Source: Burkholderiaceae bacterium (GTDB lineage Bacteria > Pseudomonadota > Gammaproteobacteria > Burkholderiales > Burkholderiaceae_A). Taken from it: DNA of 64,000 bases. How positions within the stretch are numbered: position 1 is the first letter of the stretch; each line of letters starts with the position of its first letter. This document shows positions 49,721 through 59,264 of the stretch, in pieces. The stretch is from positions 11,811 through 75,810 of the forward strand of contig VERI01000006.1 in assembly GCA_018882785.1 (NCBI GenBank). Direction: 5' to 3'. Both the position numbers and the translations under genes were made by a program. The notes under the pieces were generated by a model. That model searched no databases. It was not told the origin of the DNA and saw only the letters and a program-made list of their open reading frames with translations.

Positions 49721-50455
49721 ATGACATCAAACAAAAAACAGGCCGCACGAATAAGTGCTATGAGCCTGATCTTCGGCCTGATTTGTATCGGTTCCGATCC
49801 AGCAATGGCGGCCCGGCCTTTCGTGACTGATGATGCCCGCCTGACGCAAGCGGGGAGTTGCCAAATAGAATCCTGGTCTCGGTTCTATCGGTCAACTAAC
49901 GAGCTCTGGGCTCTGCCCGCCTGTAATCCAACCGGAGGATTTGAACTGACCATCGGTGCGGGCCGGGCGTTTTACCGCGGATTTGAGACAAACGATTACA
50001 TCATCCAGGGCAAGACCTTATTTCGAACACTGGAAGCGGGTGGCTTTGGCTGGGGAATCGCTGCAGGCAAGATCGCCCACCCCGCAGTAAACCCAGGCCC
50101 GAATTTACTCGGAAATCACTATATTTACATTCCCTTTTCGGCGGCAAGTCAGGACTCCAAACAAGTCCTTCACATCAATCTCGGAGCACTCAGAAATCAA
50201 TCTGCCGGAGACGCAAGAGGTACATGGGGGCTGGGACTCGAACTGAATCAAACCGACCGACTTCAATGGATTGCGGAAGCGTTCGGTGATCACACCAGCC
50301 GGCCCTTTATTCAGGCTGGGGCGAGATACGCGATCCAGAAAAATCTTCTGCAGATCGATATGACTTTCGGGGGGCAGTCGTATGGGCCCGTCTCCAGTCG
50401 ATGGCTAAGCCTTGGGCTTCGTTATACTCCGGACGACATCTTAAAATCCCGTTAA
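49721..50455 (+). CDS. outer-membrane beta-barrel protein (MetA-pathway / transporter-like family)
   Basis: Signal peptide ending AMA-A is followed by RPFVTDDA. The rest shows an alternating beta-strand pattern. Confidence 0.55.
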   Translation: MTSNKKQAARISAMSLIFGLICIGSDPAMAARPFVTDDARLTQAGSCQIESWSRFYRSTNELWALPACNPTGGFELTIGAGRAFYRGFETNDYIIQGKTLFRTLEAGGFGWGIAAGKIAHPAVNPGPNLLGNHYIYIPFSAASQDSKQVLHINLGALRNQSAGDARGTWGLGLELNQTDRLQWIAEAFGDHTSRPFIQAGARYAIQKNLLQIDMTFGGQSYGPVSSRWLSLGLRYTPDDILKSR

Positions 50456-50473
50456 GCGCCCGTTCCCGCCTCC

Positions 50474-50836
50474 ATGCTGAGAAATCTCCTGCAACTAGCG
50501 CGTCGACGCCTGATTTCAGCCTTCCTCTACTCGTTAGAGGGGTTCGGCGCAGCCTGGAAATCTGAGGAGGCAATTAAAGTCGAGGCTTTTTTGCTGCCTT
50601 GGCTGATTGCAGCGGCGCTTTATCTCGGCGACTCCGGGACTGAGCAGGCCGTTCTGATCAGCTGCTTATTTCTGGTACTCATCGTTGAGCTTCTAAATAC
50701 AGCTATCGAAAAAACAATAGACCGTATCTCAACCGAACACCACACCCTATCCAAAACCGTAAAGGATATGGGTAGTGCTGCGGTTCTCGGCGCAATTTTG
50801 AATACGGTTGTTGTCTGGGTATTGATACTCCTCTGA
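50474..50836 (+). CDS. dgkA: diacylglycerol kinase
   Basis: 120 aa with 3 TM segments and the block VELLNTAIEKTIDRIS. Confidence 0.88.
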   Translation: MLRNLLQLARRRLISAFLYSLEGFGAAWKSEEAIKVEAFLLPWLIAAALYLGDSGTEQAVLISCLFLVLIVELLNTAIEKTIDRISTEHHTLSKTVKDMGSAAVLGAILNTVVVWVLILL

Positions 50837-50877
50837 TTCGAAACTATGATGCCGATCAAGGCAAATGGTCTCCGGAT

Positions 50878-50906
50878 TTGACAGCATACTTTGCTTCCAC
50901 TATATT
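50878..50906 (+). promoter_or_regulatory. sigma70-type promoter of the ars operon
   Basis: TTGACA (50878-50883), a 17-nt spacer, then TATATT (50901-50906). The -10 ends 27 nt upstream of the arsR ATG. Confidence 0.55.
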
Positions 50907-50928
50907 TCGATAATATTAGAAAAATAGT
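50899..50928. promoter_or_regulatory. imperfect inverted repeat overlapping the ars -10 (candidate ArsR operator)
   Basis: ACTATATTT-N12-AAAAATAGT, with 8 of 9 arm positions complementary. Confidence 0.35.
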
Positions 50929-50933
50929 ATGAT

Positions 50934-51272
50934 ATGTTGATGAATAACACGCACGCCATCACTGCCTTTATCGCGCTGGGACAGGAGTCCCGACTGAATA
51001 TTTTTCGCCTAATTGTCCAACGGGGTCCGAATGGCCTTACACCTGCGGAGATCATTGAGAAGTTAGGCATCGCAAACGCCACACTGAGCTTTCATCTCAA
51101 AGAACTCCACCGGGCCGGTCTTATTTTTGTGGAGCGACAAAGTCGGCATCTCTTTTACAGACCGAATCCGGAGCTGATTCAACAACTTAGTGACTTCCTT
51201 CTTGAGAACTGCTGCGCCGGAAAGCCATGCCTTCCCGCAACGGCCTCCAGGAAGGTAAAGGTATCAAAATGA
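50934..51272 (+). CDS. arsR: ArsR/SmtB family transcriptional repressor
   Basis: HTH block ALGQESRLNIFRLIV...GLTPAEIIEKLGIANATLSFHLKEL and a C-terminal Cys pair (ENCCAGKPC). Confidence 0.88.
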   Translation: MLMNNTHAITAFIALGQESRLNIFRLIVQRGPNGLTPAEIIEKLGIANATLSFHLKELHRAGLIFVERQSRHLFYRPNPELIQQLSDFLLENCCAGKPCLPATASRKVKVSK

Positions 51273-51757
51273 AAAAGTACAACATCCTGTTTATTTGCAC
51301 ACATAACTCATCTCGCTCCATCATCGCCGAAGCCTTGGCCAGTACGCACACCAGCGGTCGATTTGAGGGGTACTCAGCGGGATCCTCTCCATCACATGCC
51401 GTCAATCCTTTTGCAAAAGAAATTGCGCTTACACTCGGATACCCAGAATCGAAATGTCGCAGCAAGAGCTGGGATGAATATGCTGTATCGTCAGCTCCGC
51501 AGATGGATTTCATCATTACAGTCTGCGATAACGCGGCCGGAGAGGTCTGTCCAATATGGCCAGGTGCGCCTGTGACAGCCCACTGGGGGTTTCCCGATCC
51601 GTCCCGGGCGGAGGGTTCTGACGACGTAAAACGTCGAGCTTTTCGCGAAGTGATGCAGGGGCTGCAGAGAAGAATCGATGCGCTCGCGGCCCTTCCACTT
51701 GACAACCTGGATCAGATCAGTATCCAGTCGCAAGTCAGAAAACTTGCCGGCGTATGA
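51269..51757 (+). CDS. arsC: arsenate reductase (LMW-PTPase / thioredoxin-coupled type)
   Basis: P-loop CTHNSSRS. Start set at MKKYNILFI, giving an ATGA overlap with the arsR stop. Confidence 0.88.
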   Translation: MKKYNILFICTHNSSRSIIAEALASTHTSGRFEGYSAGSSPSHAVNPFAKEIALTLGYPESKCRSKSWDEYAVSSAPQMDFIITVCDNAAGEVCPIWPGAPVTAHWGFPDPSRAEGSDDVKRRAFREVMQGLQRRIDALAALPLDNLDQISIQSQVRKLAGV

Positions 51758-52785
51758 GTCGATTCGAACGATACCTCAGCGTCTGGGTTGCACTGTGCAT
51801 CCTTGCTGGAATTAGCCTTGGACAGGTTTTTCCAGATTTGTTCAGGACCGCCGGGGCAATGGAGTTCGCGCAGATCAATCTACCTGTCGGAGTATTGATC
51901 TGGGTAATGATCATACCGATGCTAATTCGAGTTGATTTTAGGGCGCTCAGCGAATTGCGGCAGCATGTGCGCGGGGTCGGCGTTACGTTATTCGTTAACT
52001 GGTTTATGAAGCCATTTTCAATGGCTCTTCTTGGCTGGATCTTCATTGAACAGCTTTTCGCGCCCCTGCTTCCAGCAGAACAGATCGAGAGTTATATCGC
52101 AGGTCTCATTCTGCTGGCAGCGGCACCATGCACAGCGATGGTATTTGTATGGAGTCGGCTTACGAATGGCGATCCTTTATTTACGCTATCTCAGGTCGCA
52201 CTCAACGATGTGATCATGATCTTTGCATTTGGGCCGATCGTGGCGATCTTGCTGGGGCTCTCGTCAATCAGCATTCCATGGGCCACTCTGGTCACCTCCG
52301 TTGTACTCTACATCGTGATTCCAGTAGTTATCGCCCAGATCTGGCGTCATGCCCTGATCGCCCGGGGAGAGGCGGTGTTAGCCCGTACGCTCGACCGAAT
52401 GGGACCCTGGTCAATTACTGCACTTTTAGTCACGCTTGTTCTGCTATTCGGATTTCAAGGCCAGGCAATTCTCCATCAGCCCGTAATCATCGGCCTGCTG
52501 GCGGTGCCCATCTTCATTCAAGTAGTTCTAAATGCGGGCCTTGCCTATTGGCTAAATCGCAGGCTTGGGGAAAAACACGAGGTAGCCTGCCCTTCGGCCC
52601 TGATTGGAGCATCCAATTTTTTCGAACTAGCGGTCGCCACAGCAATCGGTTTATTTGGATTTGAGTCTGGCGCCGCGCTTGCCACAGTTGTCGGAGTATT
52701 AGTCGAAGTCCCTCTAATGCTACTGGTGGTTCGCGTAGTCAATCATTCAAAGGGATGGTACGAACGGACTTCAGCAAATCCGTAA
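51754..52785 (+). CDS. acr3: ACR3 family arsenite efflux transporter
   Basis: 343-aa polytopic protein with MSRFERYLSVWV at the N-terminus and the LAAAPCTAMV block. It overlaps arsC by 4 nt. Confidence 0.9.
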   Translation: MSRFERYLSVWVALCILAGISLGQVFPDLFRTAGAMEFAQINLPVGVLIWVMIIPMLIRVDFRALSELRQHVRGVGVTLFVNWFMKPFSMALLGWIFIEQLFAPLLPAEQIESYIAGLILLAAAPCTAMVFVWSRLTNGDPLFTLSQVALNDVIMIFAFGPIVAILLGLSSISIPWATLVTSVVLYIVIPVVIAQIWRHALIARGEAVLARTLDRMGPWSITALLVTLVLLFGFQGQAILHQPVIIGLLAVPIFIQVVLNAGLAYWLNRRLGEKHEVACPSALIGASNFFELAVATAIGLFGFESGAALATVVGVLVEVPLMLLVVRVVNHSKGWYERTSANP

Positions 52786-52839
52786 GTGTGGCCGGGGCAG
52801 GACCTCGGCATTCGTTTACAGAGCGTACCCGAGTGGTGA

Positions 52840-52916
52840 TGGGGTGACCGATGGGACTCGAACCCACGACGACCGGAATCACAATCCGGGACTCTACCAA
52901 CTGAGCTACGGTCACC
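52840..52916 (-). tRNA. tRNA-His (GTG)
   Basis: Hand-folded cloverleaf with anticodon arm CCGGA-TTGTGAT-TCCGG. It has an extra 5' G(-1) opposite C73 and an encoded CCA. Confidence 0.9.
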
Positions 52917-52952
52917 ACTGAACTGCACGTATTCGACACCTGCCACCAGGAC

Positions 52953-53029
52953 TGGCCTGCCGGGAGGGAATCGAACCCCCGACCTACAGCTTAGAAGGCT
53001 GTTGCTCTATCCAACTGAGCTACCGGCAG
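52953..53029 (-). tRNA. tRNA-Arg (TCT)
   Basis: Acceptor stem CTGCCGG/CCGGCAG and anticodon arm ACAGC-CTTCTAA-GCTGT. The T-loop is TTCGATT and CCA is encoded. Confidence 0.9.
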
Positions 53030-53069
53030 GTGGTCGAGGCTTGCCCCAGGATGAACACATGAGACACCC

Positions 53070-53146
53070 TGGTCGGGGTGGAGAGATTCGAACTCCCGAC
53101 CCTCTGCTCCCAAAGCAGATGCGCTACCAGACTGCGCTACACCCCG
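53070..53146 (-). tRNA. tRNA-Pro (TGG)
   Basis: Acceptor stem CGGGGTG/CACCCCG and anticodon arm TCTGC-TTTGGGA-GCAGA. The T-loop is TTCGAAT and CCA is encoded. Confidence 0.9.
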
Positions 53147-53178
53147 AGGAGCGGCCGATTATATCAGCGGGTAGAAGG

Positions 53179-53958
53179 TCAGCCAAAACGGCCGGTGATG
53201 TAGTCCTCAGTCTCTTGTTTCTTCGGCTTGATGAAGATCTCGTCTGTCTTGCCGAACTCGACCATCTCGCCAAGATACATGTAGGCGGTGAAGTCTGAGA
53301 CCCGGGCTGCCTGCTGCATGTTGTGGGTCACGATCGCCACCGTGTAGTCGGCCTTGAGCTCGTGGACAAGCTCCTCCACTTTTGCGGTGGAGATGGGATC
53401 AAGGGCTGAGGTAGGCTCATCCAAGAGGATCACCGAGGGCCGCACGGCCACCGAACGGGCAATGCAGAGCCGCTGCTGCTGGCCCCCAGAAAGCGCAAGG
53501 CCGCTCTGCTGGAGTTTGTCTTTGACTTCACCCCAGAGGGCCGTCTTGGTAAGGGCCCACTCAACGCGGGCGTCCATTTCACCCTTTGATAACGACTCAT
53601 ATAGACGGACGCCGAAGGCAATGTTCTCGTAAATCGTCATCGGAAATGGTGTTGGCTTCTGAAAGACCATTCCAATACGAGCGCGCAAAAGATTGAGATC
53701 CTGCTTCGGGTCAAGAATATTCTGGCCGTAGAAATTAATCTCCCCCTCTGCCCGCTGCCCAGGGTAGAGGCTATACATCCGATTCAAGGTTCTCAGCAGC
53801 GTGGATTTTCCGCAGCCCGAGGGGCCAATAAAGGCGGTGACCCGACGTTCCGCAATGTCGAGGTTTACATTCTTCAGCCCCTGGAATTTCCCGTAAAAGA
53901 AATTCAGATTACGAATCTGAAGTGCAGTTGTTAATTCGCTTGCGTGATCATCAGTCAT
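53179..53958 (-). CDS. pstB: phosphate ABC transporter ATP-binding protein
   Basis: Walker [10 protein letters not shown], signature [13 protein letters not shown], and a PstB-typical N-terminus and length. Confidence 0.93.
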   Translation of the reverse strand: MTDDHASELTTALQIRNLNFFYGKFQGLKNVNLDIAERRVTAFIGPSGCGKSTLLRTLNRMYSLYPGQRAEGEINFYGQNILDPKQDLNLLRARIGMVFQKPTPFPMTIYENIAFGVRLYESLSKGEMDARVEWALTKTALWGEVKDKLQQSGLALSGGQQQRLCIARSVAVRPSVILLDEPTSALDPISTAKVEELVHELKADYTVAIVTHNMQQAARVSDFTAYMYLGEMVEFGKTDEIFIKPKKQETEDYITGRFG

Positions 53959-53997
53959 GAATGAAATACTCCGTAAGAATCAGCCCGCCAGAAGACG

Positions 53998-54849
53998 CTA
54001 GCGCTGACCACCCTTGTCTCTGAAATACACCCTGGCAATGATGTTGAGCGTCAAGACCGCCAGGGTGATGAGCAGCGCACCGCCCCATGCAAGGCGGACC
54101 CAATTGTCATAAGGACTCATCGCAAACTGGAAAATCACCACCGGCAGGTTGGCCATGGGCTTTTCCATATCGACAGAGAAAAACTGATTGTTCAAAGCAG
54201 TGAATAACAGCGGCGCAGTCTCGCCACTGATGCGGGCTACTGCCAGCAAGACGCCCGTCACCACCCCGCTCTGGGCGGCACGCAGGGTCACCATGGTGGT
54301 GACCTTCCACTGCGGAGCACCAAGAGCAAATGCCGCCTCCCGTAGACTGCCCGGAACCAGTCGCAGCATGTTTTCGGTTGTCCTTAGAACCACCGGGATG
54401 GCGATGAGAGATAAGGCAACCGTCCCGGCCCACCCGGAGAACTGCTTGGTCTGCGCCACGATAATGGCGTAGACAAAAAGCCCCAGCACGATCGAGGGGG
54501 CACTCAGCATGATGTCGGTGACAAAGCGGGTTACCTGGGCAATCCTGCTGCGGTCGCCAAATTCGGCAAGATAAATTCCCGCCAGAATTCCGATTGGGGT
54601 GCTAAATAGTGTGGAGATCCCTACGATTAAGAGGCTGCCAACGATCGCGTTGGCCAGACCACCGCCCTCCGAACCCGGGGCTGGAGTCGACTGCGTAAAT
54701 AAATTCCAATCCAATGCAGCGACGCCATTTTTGAACAGAATGAACAAGATCCACAGCAGGACGAACAGCCCCAGGGCCATCGCCGTCATCGATAACGTTA
54801 GCCCAATCACATTGGCCCTGACCCGTCGGCGGTAGAGTTTTTCATTCAT
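53998..54849 (-). CDS. pstA: phosphate ABC transporter permease PstA
   Basis: 283-aa permease in the pst operon with the EAAxALG block [12 protein letters not shown]. Confidence 0.9.
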   Translation of the reverse strand: MNEKLYRRRVRANVIGLTLSMTAMALGLFVLLWILFILFKNGVAALDWNLFTQSTPAPGSEGGGLANAIVGSLLIVGISTLFSTPIGILAGIYLAEFGDRSRIAQVTRFVTDIMLSAPSIVLGLFVYAIIVAQTKQFSGWAGTVALSLIAIPVVLRTTENMLRLVPGSLREAAFALGAPQWKVTTMVTLRAAQSGVVTGVLLAVARISGETAPLLFTALNNQFFSVDMEKPMANLPVVIFQFAMSPYDNWVRLAWGGALLITLAVLTLNIIARVYFRDKGGQR

Positions 54850-54870
54850 GATGTCACGCTCGGCCCAGGA

Positions 54871-55851
54871 TTAAGTTTTCGCACCCTTGGCGCGCTCGGT
54901 TCGAATAATCAGAATTTTGGCCAGCGCTAGCACAAAGAAGGTAATTACAAAAAGCAGGAATCCCAAGGCATAGAGGGTCGATAGATGAAAATCCGCAGCC
55001 TCGCCAAACTCATTGGCCAGTGTCGAGGCAATTGATGATCCAGGAGCAAATAATGAACTGCTGATCCGCTGAGAGTTGCCAATCACAAAGGTAACAGCCA
55101 TGGTCTCGCCCAGGGCCCTTCCGAGGCCGAGCATGACACCGCCAATCACACCCTGCTGGGTATAGGGCAGAACCACATAACGGACTACCTCCCAGGTGGT
55201 GCAGCCAACACCATAGGCCGACTCACGAAGAATCGGGGGAACAATTTCGAACACATCCCGCATCACGGCTGCAATAAACGGCAGAATCATGAATGCTAAA
55301 ACGAGCCCAGCAGCAAAAATCCCAATGCCATTGGTCGCACCGCCAAATAGCGGCCCAATCAATGGCATCTGCCCAAGGGTGGACTGAAGCGCGGGCTGTC
55401 CATATTCCGCAAATAGTGGCGCAAAAATAAATAGGCCAAACATGCCGTAGATGATCGACGGCACTGCCGCAAGTAGCTCTACCGCGGTTCCCAGCGGCCG
55501 GCGTAGCCATACAGGACAAGTTTCGGTTAGAAATAACGCAATACCAAAACTGAGGGGTACCGCGATCAGCAGGGCAATGCCAGAACTCACCAGAGTACCA
55601 AAGATAGCGATGGCGGCCCCGAACTCATCGTTCACAATATCCCATTCCACCCGCCAGAGAAATTCAATACCGAATTTCTTAAATGTCGGCCAGGCGCTCA
55701 CCAGCAAGGAGAGCAGGATTCCGACTAAAGCTACCAGAACAATCAGAGAGAAACTGAGGGTAACCTTATGAAATAAAAAATCCTGCAACCTCTGACGACG
55801 GACTACTTCCAGCCGTTGTTGGTCGAGTAGTCCGCTATCTGAGGTTGCCAT
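54871..55851 (-). CDS. pstC: phosphate ABC transporter permease PstC
   Basis: 326-aa permease in the pst operon with the block [13 protein letters not shown]. Confidence 0.9.
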   Translation of the reverse strand: MATSDSGLLDQQRLEVVRRQRLQDFLFHKVTLSFSLIVLVALVGILLSLLVSAWPTFKKFGIEFLWRVEWDIVNDEFGAAIAIFGTLVSSGIALLIAVPLSFGIALFLTETCPVWLRRPLGTAVELLAAVPSIIYGMFGLFIFAPLFAEYGQPALQSTLGQMPLIGPLFGGATNGIGIFAAGLVLAFMILPFIAAVMRDVFEIVPPILRESAYGVGCTTWEVVRYVVLPYTQQGVIGGVMLGLGRALGETMAVTFVIGNSQRISSSLFAPGSSIASTLANEFGEAADFHLSTLYALGFLLFVITFFVLALAKILIIRTERAKGAKT

Positions 55852-55865
55852 ATTTTTCTGAATGC

Positions 55866-56891
55866 TTACCGAGCGATCTGGGTCCAGACCTTCTCGGTGA
55901 TTGCTTTTGTCAGGCTGTCGGGTAACGGCACGTAGTCTAGCTCTTCAGCCATTTTCTTGCCGTTTTTAAATGCCCAGTCAAAAAACTTCAGGGCATCATT
56001 CGAGGCGGCCTTGTCCGCGGGCGCTTTATACATCAACACAAAGGTTGCGCCCGTAATTGGCCAGGCCGTAGCGCCCCGCTGATTCACCAGGGAAATGCCC
56101 ATTCCAGGTGTACCGAACCAGTCTGCGTTCGCGGCGGCTGCAGCAAACGTTGAATCATCCGGATCCACATATAACCCGTTGCGGTTCTCCAACTTGGTAT
56201 GAGGAATCTTGTTCTTCTTGGCATAGGCAAACTCTACATAGCCGATTGCGCCCTTAACCCGGGCAACGTTGGCTGCAACGCCTTCGTTGCCTTTTCCGCC
56301 CACCGAGCTCGCTGCTGGCCACTTCACCGATGCCCCTTTACCGACTTTTTCTGCCCACGGTTTACTCACTTCATTAAGGTAGTCAGTGAAAATGAATGTC
56401 GTGCCTGATCCGTCTGCACGATGCACAACCGTAACGGCCTGATTCGGCAATGTCTTGCCGGGATTAAGTGCGGCAATCTTCGCGTCGTTCCACTTGCTGA
56501 TCGTACCCATGAAGATCTCGGCAAGCACAGGGCCCGTGAGACGTAACTCACCCGGCTTGAAACCGTCCAGATTGATGACTGGCACCACGCCACCGAGTAC
56601 GGTCGGAAACTGAACCATGCCGTCTTTCTCCAGCTCGGCCCCAGATAGCGGAGCGTCCGTACCACCAAATGTCACCGTCTTGGCGCGGATCTGTCGGATA
56701 CCGCCGGAGGAACCAATGGACTGATAGTTCAAACCAACGTTAGAGACTTTTTTGTAGGCCTCGGCCCACTTTGCATAAATCGGATACGGAAAAGTTGCGC
56801 CAGCGCCAGTAATGTCGGCGGCGGTCGCGGTCGACGAGACACCGAACGCAAGGGCAGCAATCATCAGCAGTTTTTTGAACGAGAACATCAT
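55866..56891 (-). CDS. pstS: phosphate ABC transporter substrate-binding protein
   Basis: Signal peptide followed by [17 protein letters not shown], then the SGGG and DGSGTT blocks. Confidence 0.93.
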   Translation of the reverse strand: MMFSFKKLLMIAALAFGVSSTATAADITGAGATFPYPIYAKWAEAYKKVSNVGLNYQSIGSSGGIRQIRAKTVTFGGTDAPLSGAELEKDGMVQFPTVLGGVVPVINLDGFKPGELRLTGPVLAEIFMGTISKWNDAKIAALNPGKTLPNQAVTVVHRADGSGTTFIFTDYLNEVSKPWAEKVGKGASVKWPAASSVGGKGNEGVAANVARVKGAIGYVEFAYAKKNKIPHTKLENRNGLYVDPDDSTFAAAAANADWFGTPGMGISLVNQRGATAWPITGATFVLMYKAPADKAASNDALKFFDWAFKNGKKMAEELDYVPLPDSLTKAITEKVWTQIAR

Positions 56892-56953
56892 GGGGATTTC
56901 CTATGAGGTAAAAGTTGTGTGGGGCAAGTGATCTTCAAACAGCTATGCGACGG

Positions 56954-56987
56954 AGTCTACCCAGGCAATGTTGCAGCCAGATGACAT
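56954..56987 (-). promoter_or_regulatory. candidate Pho box plus -10 upstream of pstS
   Basis: The minus strand reads ATGTCAT-ctgg-CTGCAAC, two 7-mers at 11-bp phasing resembling CTGTCAT. A 10-nt spacer and TAGACT follow. Confidence 0.4.
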
Positions 56988-57025
56988 GGGCCTGCCCAGG
57001 CTCAGACCTAAGGGGGAGCCCGGGC

Positions 57026-58387
57026 CTAGAGCCCGCGTAGGGCCTGGGCAACAGACTGAGCGGTGCTCTCGGCCAAGGTGGCATCTCTGGCCTCGACCAT
57101 GACCCTTACAACCGGCTCGGTTCCCGAGGCACGGATCAGTAGCCTGCCCTGTTCGGTCAGACGCTGTTGCGCCTGGGCGCAGGCCTGAGAGACCGCCGGG
57201 GACTTTTGCCAATCCACAGCGGTCGGCATCGGAACATTGATCAGGGTCTGGGGATAACGCTCAAACTCGCCCACCAACTGGGCAAGCGGCTGATTGAATC
57301 GAACGATCGCCGCCAGGACCTGCAGCGCGCTGACAATGCCATCGCCGGTCGTGTGCTGGTCCAGACACAAAATATGTCCAGACGATTCGCCCCCAAGCGA
57401 CCAGCCCGTCTCTTTGAGCATTTCCATGACATAGCGATCCCCCACCTTAGAGCGACGGAAATCGATATGCATGCGGTGCATTGCATGCTCGAACCCAAGA
57501 TTGGTCATGAGGGTGCCGACAACGCCAGGGACCATATCAATATTCACATGGCGCACGCGATCCTTCACTATCGCAAATAGCAACTGATCACCATCGAATA
57601 CGGTCCCCGCATGATCGACCATGATGAGCCGGTCACCGTCGCCATCCAGAGCAATCCCGTAATCGGCTTTTTCTTCAATGACACGCTGGGCAAGCCCCTT
57701 GGGGTGGGTCGCGCCCACGCCGGCATTGATATTGAATCCATCGGGCTCATGGCCCATCACGACAATCTCAGCGCCGAGTTCATGAAATACCGGCGGGGCT
57801 ACATGATAGGCAGCCCCATGGGCGCAGTCCACTACCAGTCTCAGCCCCCGAAGGGACAGGCTCGGGGGAAAGGTGTTTTTACAGAACTCAATATATCGGC
57901 CGCTGGCATCGTCGAGTCGGCGAGCCTTGCCCAGCGCTGCGGAGGTAACGCACTGCATCGGCTCATCCATTGCCCGTTCTATTTCCAGCTCGATAGCATC
58001 GGAGAGTTTTTCGCCACGGCCATCAAAAAACTTAATGCCGTTATCGTCAAATGGATTGTGCGAAGCGCTGATGACGATTCCGGCCGACAGGCGCATGGCA
58101 CGGGTCAGGTAGGCCACCGCAGGGGTCGGCATCGGGCCCACCAGCAGCACATTGACGCCTGCAGCGCTGAATCCCGACTCTAAAGCCGACTCCAGCATGT
58201 ATCCCGATATTCGAGTGTCTTTACCAATCAGCACCGTCGGATGATTCGAACGCCCCCCATCGGCCTGGGCCGAGGAGGACAAGACGCGGCCTGCCGCAAA
58301 CCCAAGCTTCAGCACAAAGTCAGGCGTGATGGGGGCGGCGCCTACGGTGCCGCGAATGCCATCGGTACCAAAGTATTTTCTGCTCAT
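57026..58387 (-). CDS. glmM: phosphoglucosamine mutase
   Basis: N-terminus [10 protein letters not shown], active-site block [16 protein letters not shown] and the GDGDR loop. Confidence 0.95.
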   Translation of the reverse strand: MSRKYFGTDGIRGTVGAAPITPDFVLKLGFAAGRVLSSSAQADGGRSNHPTVLIGKDTRISGYMLESALESGFSAAGVNVLLVGPMPTPAVAYLTRAMRLSAGIVISASHNPFDDNGIKFFDGRGEKLSDAIELEIERAMDEPMQCVTSAALGKARRLDDASGRYIEFCKNTFPPSLSLRGLRLVVDCAHGAAYHVAPPVFHELGAEIVVMGHEPDGFNINAGVGATHPKGLAQRVIEEKADYGIALDGDGDRLIMVDHAGTVFDGDQLLFAIVKDRVRHVNIDMVPGVVGTLMTNLGFEHAMHRMHIDFRRSKVGDRYVMEMLKETGWSLGGESSGHILCLDQHTTGDGIVSALQVLAAIVRFNQPLAQLVGEFERYPQTLINVPMPTAVDWQKSPAVSQACAQAQQRLTEQGRLLIRASGTEPVVRVMVEARDATLAESTAQSVAQALRGL

Positions 58388-58388
58388 T

Positions 58389-59261
58389 TCAGGATTCTAA
58401 TGCGGCCCACACCTTGAGCGACTCAGCAGTCTCGCGAACATCGTGCACCCGCAGGATCGCCGCTCCATGTGCGCCAGCCCAGATGGCAGCCGCCACACTG
58501 CCGAATATCCGCTCTGCGGGGATTTTCTGCCCGGTAATTCCGCCGATCATACTTTTTCGAGATACGCCCACAAGAACAGGCTGCATGTCAGACAAGCGCT
58601 CGATAGACCGCATCAGCGCGAGATTGTGTTGAAGATTTTTTCCAAACCCAAAGCCCGGGTCCACCACAATCCGTCGGGAATCAATGCCGCGTGCCTGCAT
58701 GGCATCGCGCTGACCAATTAGAAAATCATGCACCTCGCGCACGACATCGTCGTAGACCGGATTGGCCTGCATGGTGGCAGGCTCTCCCTTCATATGCATG
58801 ATGCACAGACCACATGTTGCGTCTGCCACTGCATCGATTGCCTGAGGATCTCGAAAACCGTTTACGTCATTGATCAGATCGACGCCCGCATGGATCACAG
58901 TCCGCATTACCTCCGGCCGGCGGGTATCCACCGATACTGGCACACCGAACGTCAGGGCCTGCTCGACCACCGGCATGATCCGATCCAGCTCCTGCTGAAT
59001 AGATACGACGTCAGCCCCCGGGCGCGTCGACTCGCCGCCGATATCCAAAATGTCGGCGCCCTCGTCAACAAGCCGTTGGGCATGGACAATCGCCTGCTGG
59101 GTATTGGGCTGGCCACCCCGCTCAAAGAACTGGCCGCCATCAGAAAACGAGTCAGGCGTGACATTCACAATGCCCATGAGCAATGGACGATCCAACGCCA
59201 GCTCATAGCGGCCACAAATGAAAACCGGCGGGGATGCCGCCGGTCTGGGTGAAGCGCTCAA
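58389..59261 (-). CDS. folP: dihydropteroate synthase
   Basis: Blocks [24 protein letters not shown] and DPGFGFGK. Confidence 0.95.
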   Translation of the reverse strand: MSASPRPAASPPVFICGRYELALDRPLLMGIVNVTPDSFSDGGQFFERGGQPNTQQAIVHAQRLVDEGADILDIGGESTRPGADVVSIQQELDRIMPVVEQALTFGVPVSVDTRRPEVMRTVIHAGVDLINDVNGFRDPQAIDAVADATCGLCIMHMKGEPATMQANPVYDDVVREVHDFLIGQRDAMQARGIDSRRIVVDPGFGFGKNLQHNLALMRSIERLSDMQPVLVGVSRKSMIGGITGQKIPAERIFGSVAAAIWAGAHGAAILRVHDVRETAESLKVWAALES

Positions 59262-59264
59262 GGC

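Noticed and set aside
46901-53146. A genomic island integrated at the tRNA-His/Arg/Pro cluster, carrying the ars and lipid genes
   Set aside because: I could find no integrase, recombinase, transposase or repeat of a tRNA 3' end. The lower GC is only a hand-counted impression. I kept this as a low-interest finding rather than annotating a mobile element.
57000-57025. A 9-bp stem hairpin just downstream of glmM as a rho-independent terminator
   Set aside because: The stem (CCCGGGCTC...GAGCCTGGG, with one G-U pair) has a 12-nt loop and no U-tract follows it. That is too weak to annotate.
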